Source of the DNA: an uncultured virus (IMG/VR IMGVR_UViG_3300034101_006118)
Lineage: Duplodnaviria > Heunggongvirae > Uroviricota > Caudoviricetes
Direction: 5' to 3' (one strand)
DNA length: 57,878 nt
Virus record (IMG/VR): IMGVR_UViG_3300034101_006118
Shown here: positions 1 through 8,623 of the stretch, one piece after another
How the letters are laid out: each line of letters opens with the position of its first letter
How positions within the stretch are numbered: the stretch's first letter is position 1
Notes under the pieces: model-generated
Database searches by the model: none
Seen by the model: the letters and a program-made list of their open reading frames with translations, nothing else
What the model was told of the DNA's origin: nothing
Program-made: the position numbers and the translations under genes

Positions 1-1
1 T

Positions 2-217
2 ATGTTGAGCAGCATCGACAAAGCGCATGGTGGCATAAATGGTAACGAGGACTTGGTTTTCAAGACAAGTCTTGATGGTGTTGATGGTGGGGCAAAAATG
101 ATCATTGATATTTTGAATGATATTTCACTATCCCCTTTTCGCATACCCAAGGAATTCGCTGGTGGCATTTTGTTGTTGCATTTAGAATTAGTTGAGGGGG
201 TTGTTTTTGAATCGTGA
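2..217 (+). CDS. hypothetical protein (5'-truncated)
   Basis: Open frame at window edge; no recognisable motif. Confidence 0.5.
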   Translation: MLSSIDKAHGGINGNEDLVFKTSLDGVDGGAKMIIDILNDISLSPFRIPKEFAGGILLLHLELVEGVVFES

Positions 218-521
218 CTTATTGCTTCTCAGCAGAGAATTTGACAATTATCAGCTTCCAAAGGAAAAGAAATACCTCCTGAATTATTTTGATTCGGTTA
301 TTCAGGAGGCATTTCTCAAATATTATTTTGTATTTCATGATTTTAAGAATTTCACGGATCATACTGGTATTTCTGTTCAGCCAAAGTGGTTGAAGAATTT
401 GCATGAAAAATTGCAAATTATTGAAAAAGCCCACAAAGAAGCAAAATTAAATTTTGATATGGCTGGTGTTTTAGAAATAGAAAATGGAAATTATAAATTT
501 AACAAGCATCGTAGTAAATAA
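192..521 (+). CDS. hypothetical protein
   Basis: ORF tiling with neighbours; no motif. Confidence 0.55.
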   Translation: MRGLFLNRDLLLLSREFDNYQLPKEKKYLLNYFDSVIQEAFLKYYFVFHDFKNFTDHTGISVQPKWLKNLHEKLQIIEKAHKEAKLNFDMAGVLEIENGNYKFNKHRSK

Positions 522-524
522 TTT

Positions 525-755
525 ATGGCACTTATATCATTCAAAGACTGGCGTAATAAATTTGACGAGGCTAGTCCCACAACTCGTTTGAGGGATGAGA
601 TCATGAGGGGCAATCACCCCATGTCAGCCGGTGTTGCGATGTCAAGATCAACTCCACATCCTGAATTTGTTAAGAAGGCAATTAAGGAATTTGGCACACC
701 AGATCATCCTAAGAAAAAACGAAAAAGTAAGCGCAAAAAGAAAAAAGGTCAATAA
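525..755 (+). CDS. small basic protein, possible head-internal protein
   Basis: N-terminus MALISFKDW..DEA, Lys-rich C-terminus, TAAATA at 515-520 upstream. Confidence 0.65.
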   Translation: MALISFKDWRNKFDEASPTTRLRDEIMRGNHPMSAGVAMSRSTPHPEFVKKAIKEFGTPDHPKKKRKSKRKKKKGQ

Positions 756-1150
756 TGCTGTCTTTTCACGAATGGAGAGCAAAAAGGCTTGATGAAGCTG
801 CCAAAAAAGGTAAGCCAAAAAAGGCTCCTGTGGCAAGGCATGACATTGAAACATGGCTTAAGGAAATAGAAAGTCTTAAGAAAGACCTAGAAGAACTTAA
901 AAAAGCCAAGAAAATAGCCGCTCAAAAACTCGCTAGACTGGCAGATATTGAAAAGCTTGATTCTAAGAAACCCGATTCTAAGAAACCCGATTCTAAGAAA
1001 CCCGATTCTAAGAAACCTGATTCTAAGAAACCTGATTCTAAGAAACCTGATTCTAAGAAACCTCTTAAAAAATATGTTTCTAAGAAGATTAAGAAAAAAG
1101 GCGACACAAGATTAAAAAATCCGTCAGAAATTGACAAAGAGAAAAAATGA
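755..1150 (+). CDS. Lys-rich protein with (PDSKK)n repeat, possible DNA-binding head-internal protein
   Basis: MLSFHEW..DEA N-terminus; TAATG overlap with previous gene; tandem repeat. Confidence 0.7.
   Translation: MLSFHEWRAKRLDEAAKKGKPKKAPVARHDIETWLKEIESLKKDLEELKKAKKIAAQKLARLADIEKLDSKKPDSKKPDSKKPDSKKPDSKKPDSKKPDSKKPLKKYVSKKIKKKGDTRLKNPSEIDKEKK
959..1063 (+). repeat. 15-bp tandem repeat x7 (GATTCTAAGAAACCY) encoding DSKKP
   Basis: Read directly: 3 units ending CCC, then 4 ending CCT. Confidence 0.97.
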
Positions 1151-1239
1151 TGATTATTGCAAATGCGTATAATGTCTAAGATAACCAACGCTTGTTAGAA
1201 AGAAGATACTCTCTAAGAGCGAAAATAAGGGGCTATCTT

Positions 1240-1701
1240 ATGTCAGAAGAATCTAGAATATCATCACAAGAAGATATAATTAACGATGTTGAAAAACAGA
1301 GTTTGAAAAATGCTCGGGAAGTTCATGGTAGTATTTCCATAATTCAAGCAGAACAAGAAACATATGTGATTGCAGTCGCAATTTGCTTAGATAAAAGCAA
1401 GAATTTTATCAATAAAATTAATTGCAAGCGTGGAGTACCCATTCAGGGTTATGTCTACGATGCCCAATCAGACAGTTACTTTTTAGAATGTAGTGATTTC
1501 TTGCATATTGGAATTATACCTGCATCATTTGTTGCAACATTCAAAAACTATAGTGGCTGGAAAATGTTTGTCCCAATGCCAGAAAGTGTAATTAAAAGGC
1601 ACCTGAATGATTCTCAAAAGAAAGATTTGAAACAATTTAAGAATCATTTCAAGGCTGATGAATTCATTATAAATTTTATTCAAATGGTAAATCCAAATTA
1701 A
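1240..1701 (+). CDS. hypothetical protein
   Basis: ORF 1192..1701; ATG at 1240 follows AAGGGG. Confidence 0.6.
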   Translation: MSEESRISSQEDIINDVEKQSLKNAREVHGSISIIQAEQETYVIAVAICLDKSKNFINKINCKRGVPIQGYVYDAQSDSYFLECSDFLHIGIIPASFVATFKNYSGWKMFVPMPESVIKRHLNDSQKKDLKQFKNHFKADEFIINFIQMVNPN

Positions 1702-1725
1702 TTCCTCAATAAAATTCCAAAAAAT

Positions 1726-2175
1726 ATGAATTGCTTCCAGAAAAAAAATCTGCAAGAGAAAATAGAAAACCATGATTATTGGATGACCATGGCTTTTATG
1801 TTTGCTGTAAAATCTAAAACCAACCGTGCTTGCGTATTAGTCAACAATGCTAATAGATTGATATCTTATGGCATTGAAAATCCCCCTGAGTTTGCGGAAT
1901 CAACCAAAATATTGATTCCAGCAGAAATACAAGCGATTATTGGATGCAAGAACGAAATCATAAATGCTAATCTTTATATAACCAGCCCTCCAACTAGGGA
2001 TTCTGCAATGACCATAATTGCATGTACGGGAATAAAATCTGTTTATTACTACCCAAAAGAAAACATAGATTTGGATGCAAAAAATAAAATACAATGCGTC
2101 TTTGTAGATGTAAATGAATTGGAAACTAATTTGAATTGGACAAGAGATTATTTTGATTCCTTAGAACATAAATAA
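1726..2175 (+). CDS. dCMP/cytidine deaminase-fold protein lacking Zn ligands
   Basis: Matches dCMP deaminase layout (YWMxMA..KS, ACVLVN, ISYG, LYIT, GIKxVYY), but HAE reads PAE and PCxxC reads PTRDS. Confidence 0.7.
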   Translation: MNCFQKKNLQEKIENHDYWMTMAFMFAVKSKTNRACVLVNNANRLISYGIENPPEFAESTKILIPAEIQAIIGCKNEIINANLYITSPPTRDSAMTIIACTGIKSVYYYPKENIDLDAKNKIQCVFVDVNELETNLNWTRDYFDSLEHK

Positions 2176-2179
2176 TTCC

Positions 2180-3004
2180 ATGGCATGTACATCTACTGGT
2201 ATTGGTTGTGGCTCCTCTTCTGTGCAAACTTGTCCTGATGAGTATGGTTGCATAAGCGGCAAATGCCCTGATTTTACAATAAGAAGACATGATACCAAGC
2301 CTTTTTTCAAGGTGAAGGTCGAGGATTGTGACGGACCTCTTGATCTAACTGACTTGGTTTTAGAAGCAACTATGTGGGCCAAGGGCAAGCTTAAGGTTGC
2401 ATTGGATCAGGATGATACTGTTTTGGCTTTCGCCGATAATATTGGTTTTAACCAAGTAATGCAGGGTGATGTGCTGATTATGGATCAGGCTAGGTTGCCG
2501 GAAAAAATGTTGGTCACAGGATTTGATGAAGTAAATCGCTTAGTTCATGTTCAAAGAGGTTATCACGGAACTCCAGTTCAAAACTGGAAGCGTGGAAATT
2601 CTGTTAAAATTATCAAGTTTACAAATGCTTCTTCTTCGACAGAAATGGTTTATCAAGATGTGATCAACATAGATGGAACTACTACAGAAAATGTTCTGAC
2701 AGAAAGCTTTCTTGTTTATGAGTGGCACTCAGAGGATACATGTTTGCCGGGCTGCTACTATCTTGAGTTTAAGCTCATGAAAATGTTGGTTTTGGGAATA
2801 AACATGCAAACAACTGTTCCTAGCAATCAAATTCCAAGCAATCTCCTTCCTGATGGTGTTGTTCCAAGTTTCACAGACCCTTCTTTCACACCAAGTACAT
2901 TTTCTTGTAGTATGGGAACTGGAATTGATTGGATAAGAAGATTCCCAGTTGATAAAGAAGGATTTTACATAAAAATCGTTGACACTATTACAATTAATGA
3001 TTGA
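2180..3004 (+). CDS. probable virion structural protein (baseplate-upper-like N-terminal motif)
   Basis: FTIRRHDTKP..DGPLDLT and YEWxxEDT..PGxYxLEF motifs; TAAATA at 2169. Confidence 0.5.
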   Translation: MACTSTGIGCGSSSVQTCPDEYGCISGKCPDFTIRRHDTKPFFKVKVEDCDGPLDLTDLVLEATMWAKGKLKVALDQDDTVLAFADNIGFNQVMQGDVLIMDQARLPEKMLVTGFDEVNRLVHVQRGYHGTPVQNWKRGNSVKIIKFTNASSSTEMVYQDVINIDGTTTENVLTESFLVYEWHSEDTCLPGCYYLEFKLMKMLVLGINMQTTVPSNQIPSNLLPDGVVPSFTDPSFTPSTFSCSMGTGIDWIRRFPVDKEGFYIKIVDTITIND

Positions 3005-3029
3005 CATGAGAATTTTGTGGTGTTACATT
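3001..3029 (+). promoter_or_regulatory. sigma70-like promoter upstream of infC
   Basis: TTGACA-17bp-TACATT. Confidence 0.5.
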
Positions 3030-3057
3030 TTTTTGGGGTCTATCTTTACTTAGAAAT

Positions 3058-3074
3058 CCGTCAATATTAGACGG
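3058..3074 (+). promoter_or_regulatory. conserved leader palindrome/hairpin copy 1 (CCGTCA-ATATT-AGACGG)
   Basis: 3 nt upstream of infC ATG; recurs in other leaders. Confidence 0.7.
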
Positions 3075-3077
3075 GAA

Positions 3078-3638
3078 ATGAATATGAATCAAAACAAGTT
3101 TACAAACGCAAATAATCGTCGTGAAGATCAAAACAGAGTGAACTGGCAGATAAGAGTGCCACAAGTTCGTGTTGTTCGTGACGAAGAACAACTCGGAATA
3201 ATGCCGACTGATCAAGCACGAAAATTAGCAATGGACGAAGGTTTGGATTTGGTGGAAATAGCTCCAACAGCCAAGCCTCCAGTTTGCAGAATTATGGATT
3301 ATGGTCGCTTCAAATATGAACAGAATATCAAGAAGAAGGAAGCTTCTAAAAAACAGCGTGAGTCGCAAGTTCAACTTAAGGAAATAAGGCTTCGCCCTGC
3401 AATTCAGGAACATGATATTGAAACAAAATTGAATCAAGCGAAAAAGTTTTTGGAAGAAAAATGTAAGGTTCAGTTCAATTTAATTTTCAAGGGATTCCGT
3501 GAGATGAACAATAAAGAGCAAGGCCACACGGTCATGCGGAAGATTGTTGAGCAAATTCAACAAGTAGCGATCATAGAGAAGTCACCTTCTATGGAAGGCA
3601 ATAGAATAATATGCATAGTGTCACCGAAGGTTTCTTGA
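3078..3638 (+). CDS. infC: translation initiation factor IF-3
   Basis: RVNxQIRxPQVRVV, GLDLVEIAPTAKPPVCRIMDYGRFKY, KEIRLRPxIxEHD; full two-domain IF-3. Confidence 0.96.
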   Translation: MNMNQNKFTNANNRREDQNRVNWQIRVPQVRVVRDEEQLGIMPTDQARKLAMDEGLDLVEIAPTAKPPVCRIMDYGRFKYEQNIKKKEASKKQRESQVQLKEIRLRPAIQEHDIETKLNQAKKFLEEKCKVQFNLIFKGFREMNNKEQGHTVMRKIVEQIQQVAIIEKSPSMEGNRIICIVSPKVS

Positions 3639-3659
3639 ATAAGGAATTAATTGTAATGT

Positions 3660-3676
3660 CCGTCATTTGTGGGCGG
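3660..3676 (+). promoter_or_regulatory. conserved leader hairpin copy 2 (CCGTCA-TTTGT-GGGCGG)
   Basis: 1 nt upstream of ATG at 3678; U-G pair on sense strand. Confidence 0.6.
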
Positions 3677-3677
3677 A

Positions 3678-4892
3678 ATGGACAATCATATGAGTAATGA
3701 TATTTTGTCAGAAAAGATAAACGACCTTCAGAATGAGTTCATTCGTCGTCTCCATGTCCATGGAAACGCTTCTTCGTCTAATCCTCCTCTTCTTCTGAGG
3801 TTGATACACGATTCTAGTCAAGATCTTCTTGAGTATGCATTTGGTCAATTTGGAACCAATCTTCTCCAATTGACAAAAGTTCTGGATATGAGCCATCCAG
3901 ACTTGGCTACTATTTTTGATGGTAATTTTTCAGACAATCAAAATTTCGCCAAAAAATGCATGCAATTTTTGGCCATGGCAGAATACGCTAAAAACAATCA
4001 ATTAAACGAGATATTTCCTTGGATTGGCAGCTTGTTTGTCAAAGAGTCTCTCGATAAAACCGTAATTAAAAAAATAGACAATGCAAATTACAATAAGTCT
4101 TATGTTAGATTGATATTGGACTCTGAGGAAAGAGAAGCAATTAGATTTTGCAAGAAAATGCAAATTATTGATTTGCAAAATTTTTATAAGAAGAGTGATG
4201 AATTATGGAATGCACAAACTGACAACTTCAAACAATTCATCAGGTATGATTCTGCTTATATGCGTGAGTTAAAACAAGCAGAAAAGAAAATGAAAAGGTA
4301 TCAGGAGTTAGGATGTCATAGTCTTGCTTCAGAGATAGCCAAGAGCATTGGAGTTTTCCGTGAAAACATGGAACAAACATATTATGGTTTCAACAGAATC
4401 ACAATGACCAATGCCGCAATTATTCTCGCAAAGTGTTTGGGTTACACATATAGCCCAGCATACCAGCTACATGCTGGTGGACATATTATGAGGATGGATG
4501 CACAAATTAAGGTTCCAAGGATTTTCTTCAAAAATTATTTTTTTGATCATTCCTTGGACTTGAATACCGTTTATGATTATGAGCCAAAGGTTTATCCTTT
4601 TCATGAAGTTGTTGACATTGCGCCAGAACAAGTAATGCAAACAATTAAGTTGTTGGAGAGTTTTCCAGAGGCAAACGACAAGCCTATTTTTGATCATTTT
4701 GGGGTTATTGTTCCATCAATATCTTACAAAAATCATATTTTCAAAAACGAATCAGGTTTGTTGCAGGATTGTGGTTCTCAAGAAGAGTGTTCTAAAGAAC
4801 TAGATAAAGTTTTCATTAAAAACAAGTATATTTATCCTATCATAATTGGAGAAAAAGACGGAAAGTGTTTCTTCATATGTTATTGGGCTTGA
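3678..4892 (+). CDS. hypothetical protein
   Basis: Long ORF (~400 aa); no motif recognised. Confidence 0.75.
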   Translation: MDNHMSNDILSEKINDLQNEFIRRLHVHGNASSSNPPLLLRLIHDSSQDLLEYAFGQFGTNLLQLTKVLDMSHPDLATIFDGNFSDNQNFAKKCMQFLAMAEYAKNNQLNEIFPWIGSLFVKESLDKTVIKKIDNANYNKSYVRLILDSEEREAIRFCKKMQIIDLQNFYKKSDELWNAQTDNFKQFIRYDSAYMRELKQAEKKMKRYQELGCHSLASEIAKSIGVFRENMEQTYYGFNRITMTNAAIILAKCLGYTYSPAYQLHAGGHIMRMDAQIKVPRIFFKNYFFDHSLDLNTVYDYEPKVYPFHEVVDIAPEQVMQTIKLLESFPEANDKPIFDHFGVIVPSISYKNHIFKNESGLLQDCGSQEECSKELDKVFIKNKYIYPIIIGEKDGKCFFICYWA

Positions 4893-4902
4893 GGTTTCTT
4901 TT

Positions 4903-5160
4903 ATGACATACAATCTTACTAGAGAAGAGTTGCTGGATTTTGCTAAAATCGTTTATGAACAATCAATTCATGGCTATCTTGACTTGAAAGATGGTGCCTG
5001 CGAAAGAATGCTTGTGAATTTTTTGTCTGACAAGAAAACTTTATTACCACATACTAATGTAACCATGAGCGCCATCGGCTCTGCTATAGCAAGTCAGACA
5101 TTCAATGCTGATATTTTCACTATTTCAGAGAGTTTTATCGGTGGCCAGAACTTAAATTAA
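4903..5160 (+). CDS. hypothetical protein
   Basis: GAGGT SD before ATG 4903. Confidence 0.6.
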   Translation: MTYNLTREELLDFAKIVYEQSIHGYLDLKDGACERMLVNFLSDKKTLLPHTNVTMSAIGSAIASQTFNADIFTISESFIGGQNLN

Positions 5161-5195
5161 ATTCATCATTAGATGATTTAACGGGAAAGGCAACA

Positions 5196-5558
5196 ATGTC
5201 AAAGAATAAGATTCTCACACCAGCGGGCACGGTTTTTAATTCAGCCGTACCTGTTCCAAAGATCAAGTCAGTGAAGCCTTGTGGCTCACAGGTTTTGATT
5301 GAGTTCCTCACGCAACAGGAAATGTTGGGCACAACTCTTGTTGTTAATGAAAAGATCGATTTGAAAGTTCCTCTTCAGGGATATGTTCGTGCAGTTGGTC
5401 CCAATTTCAAGCCTAGCGATTATGGATTCGATATTGGAGATAGAGTAACGGTTTCCGGCGCTGGAATTCATGTTCCTAATTGGGACGGGATAAATCGTGA
5501 TCGTTTCTTGATGGAGCCCACATCAGTCAAGGGCGTGATTGTCGAAGAAACAGTTTGA
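5196..5558 (+). CDS. GroES/Cpn10-like co-chaperonin
   Basis: VKPCGSQVLIE, QGYVRAVGP, GDRV, FLMEPxxVKGVI match the Cpn10 pattern; divergent. Confidence 0.7.
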   Translation: MSKNKILTPAGTVFNSAVPVPKIKSVKPCGSQVLIEFLTQQEMLGTTLVVNEKIDLKVPLQGYVRAVGPNFKPSDYGFDIGDRVTVSGAGIHVPNWDGINRDRFLMEPTSVKGVIVEETV

Positions 5559-5595
5559 ATCATTACTAATTGAAAATGGATGAAATACCCGATTA

Positions 5596-6663
5596 ATGAA
5601 AGACCCATATTCTGTTCTTGGCGTTGCAAAAAATGCCACTAAAGAAGAGATCGTAAAGGCTTATCGGAAAGGCGCTCAGACACATCATCCAGATCGCAAT
5701 CCCGGCGATAGTGAAGCTGAGGCCCGATTTAGGGAAATTCAAGAAGCATATGACATTCTAAGCGATGATTCTAAGAGATCCCAATATGATAGCAACGGAT
5801 TCTCCATGCACTTCCGAAATAGGGGAAGCGAAGGTAACCCCTTCGGCCCCGATTTCGGGGATGTAATGAATGAAATATTTGGCAAGAGTACATTCCGTGG
5901 CAGGAATATGACTGTCAGGTTAGAAATCGATCTTGAAGAAGCCTATAGCGGCTGTACCAAAGAGATTTCCCTGAAGCTTAAAAATACCTGCAATACTTGC
6001 AAGGGTTTGGGTCAATTAAGTAGTGAAGTTTGCGGTTCATGCCAAGGACAGGGATTCACGAAGGTTAACAATGCGCCATTTGAATTTAGAACAAATTGCC
6101 CAGTTTGTAATGGACTTGGTAAGATAAATCCAATTCCATGTGATGATTGCAATGCCAATGGATTTCTGGCTGGACACAAAGAAAAGAAAATCCAGATACA
6201 AATACCTTGCGGCATAGATGATGCGATGAATCTCAAGTTGGTTGGAGAAGGAGAAGAGTCTGTTCGTGGAGGAAGGCCGGGAGATCTTATTGTTCATGTC
6301 CTTGTTCGTGAACATGCTATTTTTACCAGAGATGGAATCGATCTTTTAATTGATGTGCCAATGACTTATTCACAGCTTGTATTCGGTTGTGATATTGATG
6401 TGGTAACTATCGGAAAAGAAGTTGTAACTGTTAAGATTCCAGAAGGAACTCAAAGTCACGCCAAGTTCAAAATACGAGGCAAGGGTATGATTATGCCGAA
6501 TGGAGTTTACGGTGATCTTTTCATTACTGTGAAAATAGAAATTCCCAAGAATATTTCTCTTGATTATAAAGAAAATATCAAAAAATTGATGCCTTTTGAA
6601 ATGAATAACTTGGGATTCAAGAGAGAACAATGGCTCAAAAATGTAAATAAAAACAGTAAATAA
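5596..6663 (+). CDS. dnaJ: molecular chaperone DnaJ (type I)
   Basis: J domain with HPD, four CxxCxGxG-type Zn repeats, C-terminal GDL motifs. Confidence 0.95.
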   Translation: MKDPYSVLGVAKNATKEEIVKAYRKGAQTHHPDRNPGDSEAEARFREIQEAYDILSDDSKRSQYDSNGFSMHFRNRGSEGNPFGPDFGDVMNEIFGKSTFRGRNMTVRLEIDLEEAYSGCTKEISLKLKNTCNTCKGLGQLSSEVCGSCQGQGFTKVNNAPFEFRTNCPVCNGLGKINPIPCDDCNANGFLAGHKEKKIQIQIPCGIDDAMNLKLVGEGEESVRGGRPGDLIVHVLVREHAIFTRDGIDLLIDVPMTYSQLVFGCDIDVVTIGKEVVTVKIPEGTQSHAKFKIRGKGMIMPNGVYGDLFITVKIEIPKNISLDYKENIKKLMPFEMNNLGFKREQWLKNVNKNSK

Positions 6664-6686
6664 AATACATCATAATTGGAGTTTTT

Positions 6687-6893
6687 ATGAACAATGCAAT
6701 GAACAACAAGTTTTTTTGGATAGTTGCTGGTTTGACAGGAGCCATGCTTGTCATAGGAATAGGCGGCAAGATTTTTGTGGACAAAGTTGCCGATGTTGTG
6801 ATTGATAAGCTCAAGAAAGATTATAGTCCATCTCCATATGGACCCGGAATCGATCCAGACAAGATTGATGTCAGTAAAATTAAGAAATTATAA
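6687..6893 (+). CDS. small membrane protein
   Basis: Single hydrophobic helix; GGAG SD. Confidence 0.65.
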   Translation: MNNAMNNKFFWIVAGLTGAMLVIGIGGKIFVDKVADVVIDKLKKDYSPSPYGPGIDPDKIDVSKIKKL

Positions 6894-6903
6894 TTCCTTT
6901 TTC

Positions 6904-7251
6904 TTACAGAACTTGGCAATTTGTGATTTGTGATGGGTAAGCGCCATTGTCGCTAGCAAGCCTCAACATCTTTACTGCCATTATTTTACCCACTTCTGGT
7001 TGTGGATTGATTCTCCTAAATTCACTATGCGTAAAATAAAGCTTAGTCCCGTCAGATAGCTGGACATAAATTGGGTTTCTTTTGAGTATTATCAAGCTTA
7101 TTTTTGATTTCTTTTCAGTTTCAGGCAAGTCGAGAGACATGTTGGGAAGAACGAATGATTTTGTCCAAGAAAAATTCTCCGAGACGCATATTGCTCCATA
7201 TCTTTCCAAACAATCCATCATATTCGTAAATTCTTTGAAATTGTTCTTCAT
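6904..7251 (-). CDS. hypothetical protein
   Basis: MKNNFKEF N-terminus; TAAATA upstream on minus strand (7259-7264). Confidence 0.65.
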   Translation of the reverse strand: MKNNFKEFTNMMDCLERYGAICVSENFSWTKSFVLPNMSLDLPETEKKSKISLIILKRNPIYVQLSDGTKLYFTHSEFRRINPQPEVGKIMAVKMLRLASDNGAYPSQITNCQVL

Positions 7252-7271
7252 GATTACTTATTTAGTTTTAC

Positions 7272-7574
7272 ATGAGCGGAAAATATAAAATAACATCTTC
7301 TTCCTTTATTTTGACCATGATGGTCGAGTTCCTTGATGAAAATGCTCAATCAAGGTCTTTGAGTGTTGGTGTTGATTACTCAATGAACAAAGTATTCTTT
7401 TTGGACAAGAGTGATCCAAAAATAGATTACGATTATCTTGAGAAAAAAATACTTGATAGCATGAAACCCGAGGATGTTCAGGTTCCTGAAATACCAACTG
7501 ATTTCATGTATAAGGCCGAACAAGTTCGCATGGGCAAATTCAACAATGAAACTTTTTTTGACAAGAAGGAATAA
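7272..7574 (+). CDS. hypothetical protein
   Basis: ORF tiling. Confidence 0.6.
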   Translation: MSGKYKITSSSFILTMMVEFLDENAQSRSLSVGVDYSMNKVFFLDKSDPKIDYDYLEKKILDSMKPEDVQVPEIPTDFMYKAEQVRMGKFNNETFFDKKE

Positions 7575-7576
7575 AA

Positions 7577-7918
7577 ATGCCAACTAATAATGCTGAAAGA
7601 GCAGGATTTTCTGTGTCTTTGAACAACGATGCTGAAAAAGTACCTTGCAAACTGAGAATCATGACCTTGGAGAGGGTCTACAAGATTATCGAAAGTAAGA
7701 ACTATGATGCCAAAGTGAGTTCCGAATTGAAAAAATCTGCCAGCAAGTACCCGCAGCAGGCATTAGAAAATTTTATGCAAAACTTCGATAAACATTTACT
7801 AAGAGCAAGAAAAGCAGTAAGATTAAGTAGCCCTACTGTTTCTCCGGTTGACGATTCAATAGAAACAAAAAACAAAGAAGAAGAGATCCCAAATGCCCCC
7901 CAAGAAACAGAATTCTAA
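7577..7918 (+). CDS. hypothetical protein
   Basis: AAGGA SD; ORF tiling. Confidence 0.65.
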   Translation: MPTNNAERAGFSVSLNNDAEKVPCKLRIMTLERVYKIIESKNYDAKVSSELKKSASKYPQQALENFMQNFDKHLLRARKAVRLSSPTVSPVDDSIETKNKEEEIPNAPQETEF

Positions 7919-8405
7919 TCTCACAAGTCACAACGGTCTTCTTGAAGGCAAGCTGCCAGTGAAGATAGTTGCTGATTCTCCTATGTTCATACCCAAATAT
8001 AAAACAAATGGCGCTGCTGCATGTGATTTAATTGCAAATATCACCACTAACGATGCAGGACACAATTTTGTTTCTATAATGCCAAATCAAGTGGAAACAA
8101 TTGATGTCGGTTTTAGTATGGAGTTGCCATTAGGTTGGGAAGCGCAGATCAGGGTCAGAAGCGGACTTGCTATACAAGGTTTGCAAGTTACCAACTCGCC
8201 CGGAACTATTGATTCAGATTACAGAGGCAGAATTAAAGTAATTGTCAACAGCACAAGTAAAAACATCATAAGAATTACTCATGGAGATAGATTCGCCCAA
8301 ATGCTGGTCAAACCAGTTTGGCAAATCGATTGGCAAGAAGTTAATGAACTTAGCGTCACTGATAGAAATAATGGTGGTTTTGGATCTACAGGAATAAAAT
8401 CATGA
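7893..8405 (+). CDS. dut: dUTP diphosphatase (trimeric dUTPase)
   Basis: AAACDL, RSGLA, NSPGTIDSDYRG, RFAQ, RxxGGFGSTG motifs 1-5. Confidence 0.95.
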   Translation: MPPKKQNSNLTSHNGLLEGKLPVKIVADSPMFIPKYKTNGAAACDLIANITTNDAGHNFVSIMPNQVETIDVGFSMELPLGWEAQIRVRSGLAIQGLQVTNSPGTIDSDYRGRIKVIVNSTSKNIIRITHGDRFAQMLVKPVWQIDWQEVNELSVTDRNNGGFGSTGIKS

Positions 8406-8611
8406 AAGTATTTGCAATTATCAGCATAGCCAGACAAGTCCAAGGTGAATATGTTGTCTGCAAGGTAGAAAAGGCATTCACTAGCTCTACAAAAGCTGGC
8501 GAATACGCTAATTCCTTGGCTAGACAATATGCAGAAACCATACAAACACCATCTGGTCCAATTCCATGTGTTTGTGAAAGAGGCGTATTTGAAATTGATG
8601 TAGTGGAATAA
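8402..8611 (+). CDS. hypothetical protein
   Basis: ATGA overlap with dut. Confidence 0.6.
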   Translation: MKVFAIISIARQVQGEYVVCKVEKAFTSSTKAGEYANSLARQYAETIQTPSGPIPCVCERGVFEIDVVE

Positions 8612-8623
8612 AGGAGCAAAAAA

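Noticed and set aside
959..1063. Possible CRISPR array
   Set aside because: Units are contiguous 15-mers with no spacers and are in frame within a CDS
1121..1137. Extra copy of the leader palindrome (CCGTCA-GAAAT-TGACAA)
   Set aside because: Inside a CDS and the outer pairs do not match; not counted
5161..5185. TCATC-ATTA-GATGA hairpin before groES, and CATC-GAAA-GATG before clpX, as members of the leader family
   Set aside because: Loop length and stem sequence deviate too much to assign without a covariance model
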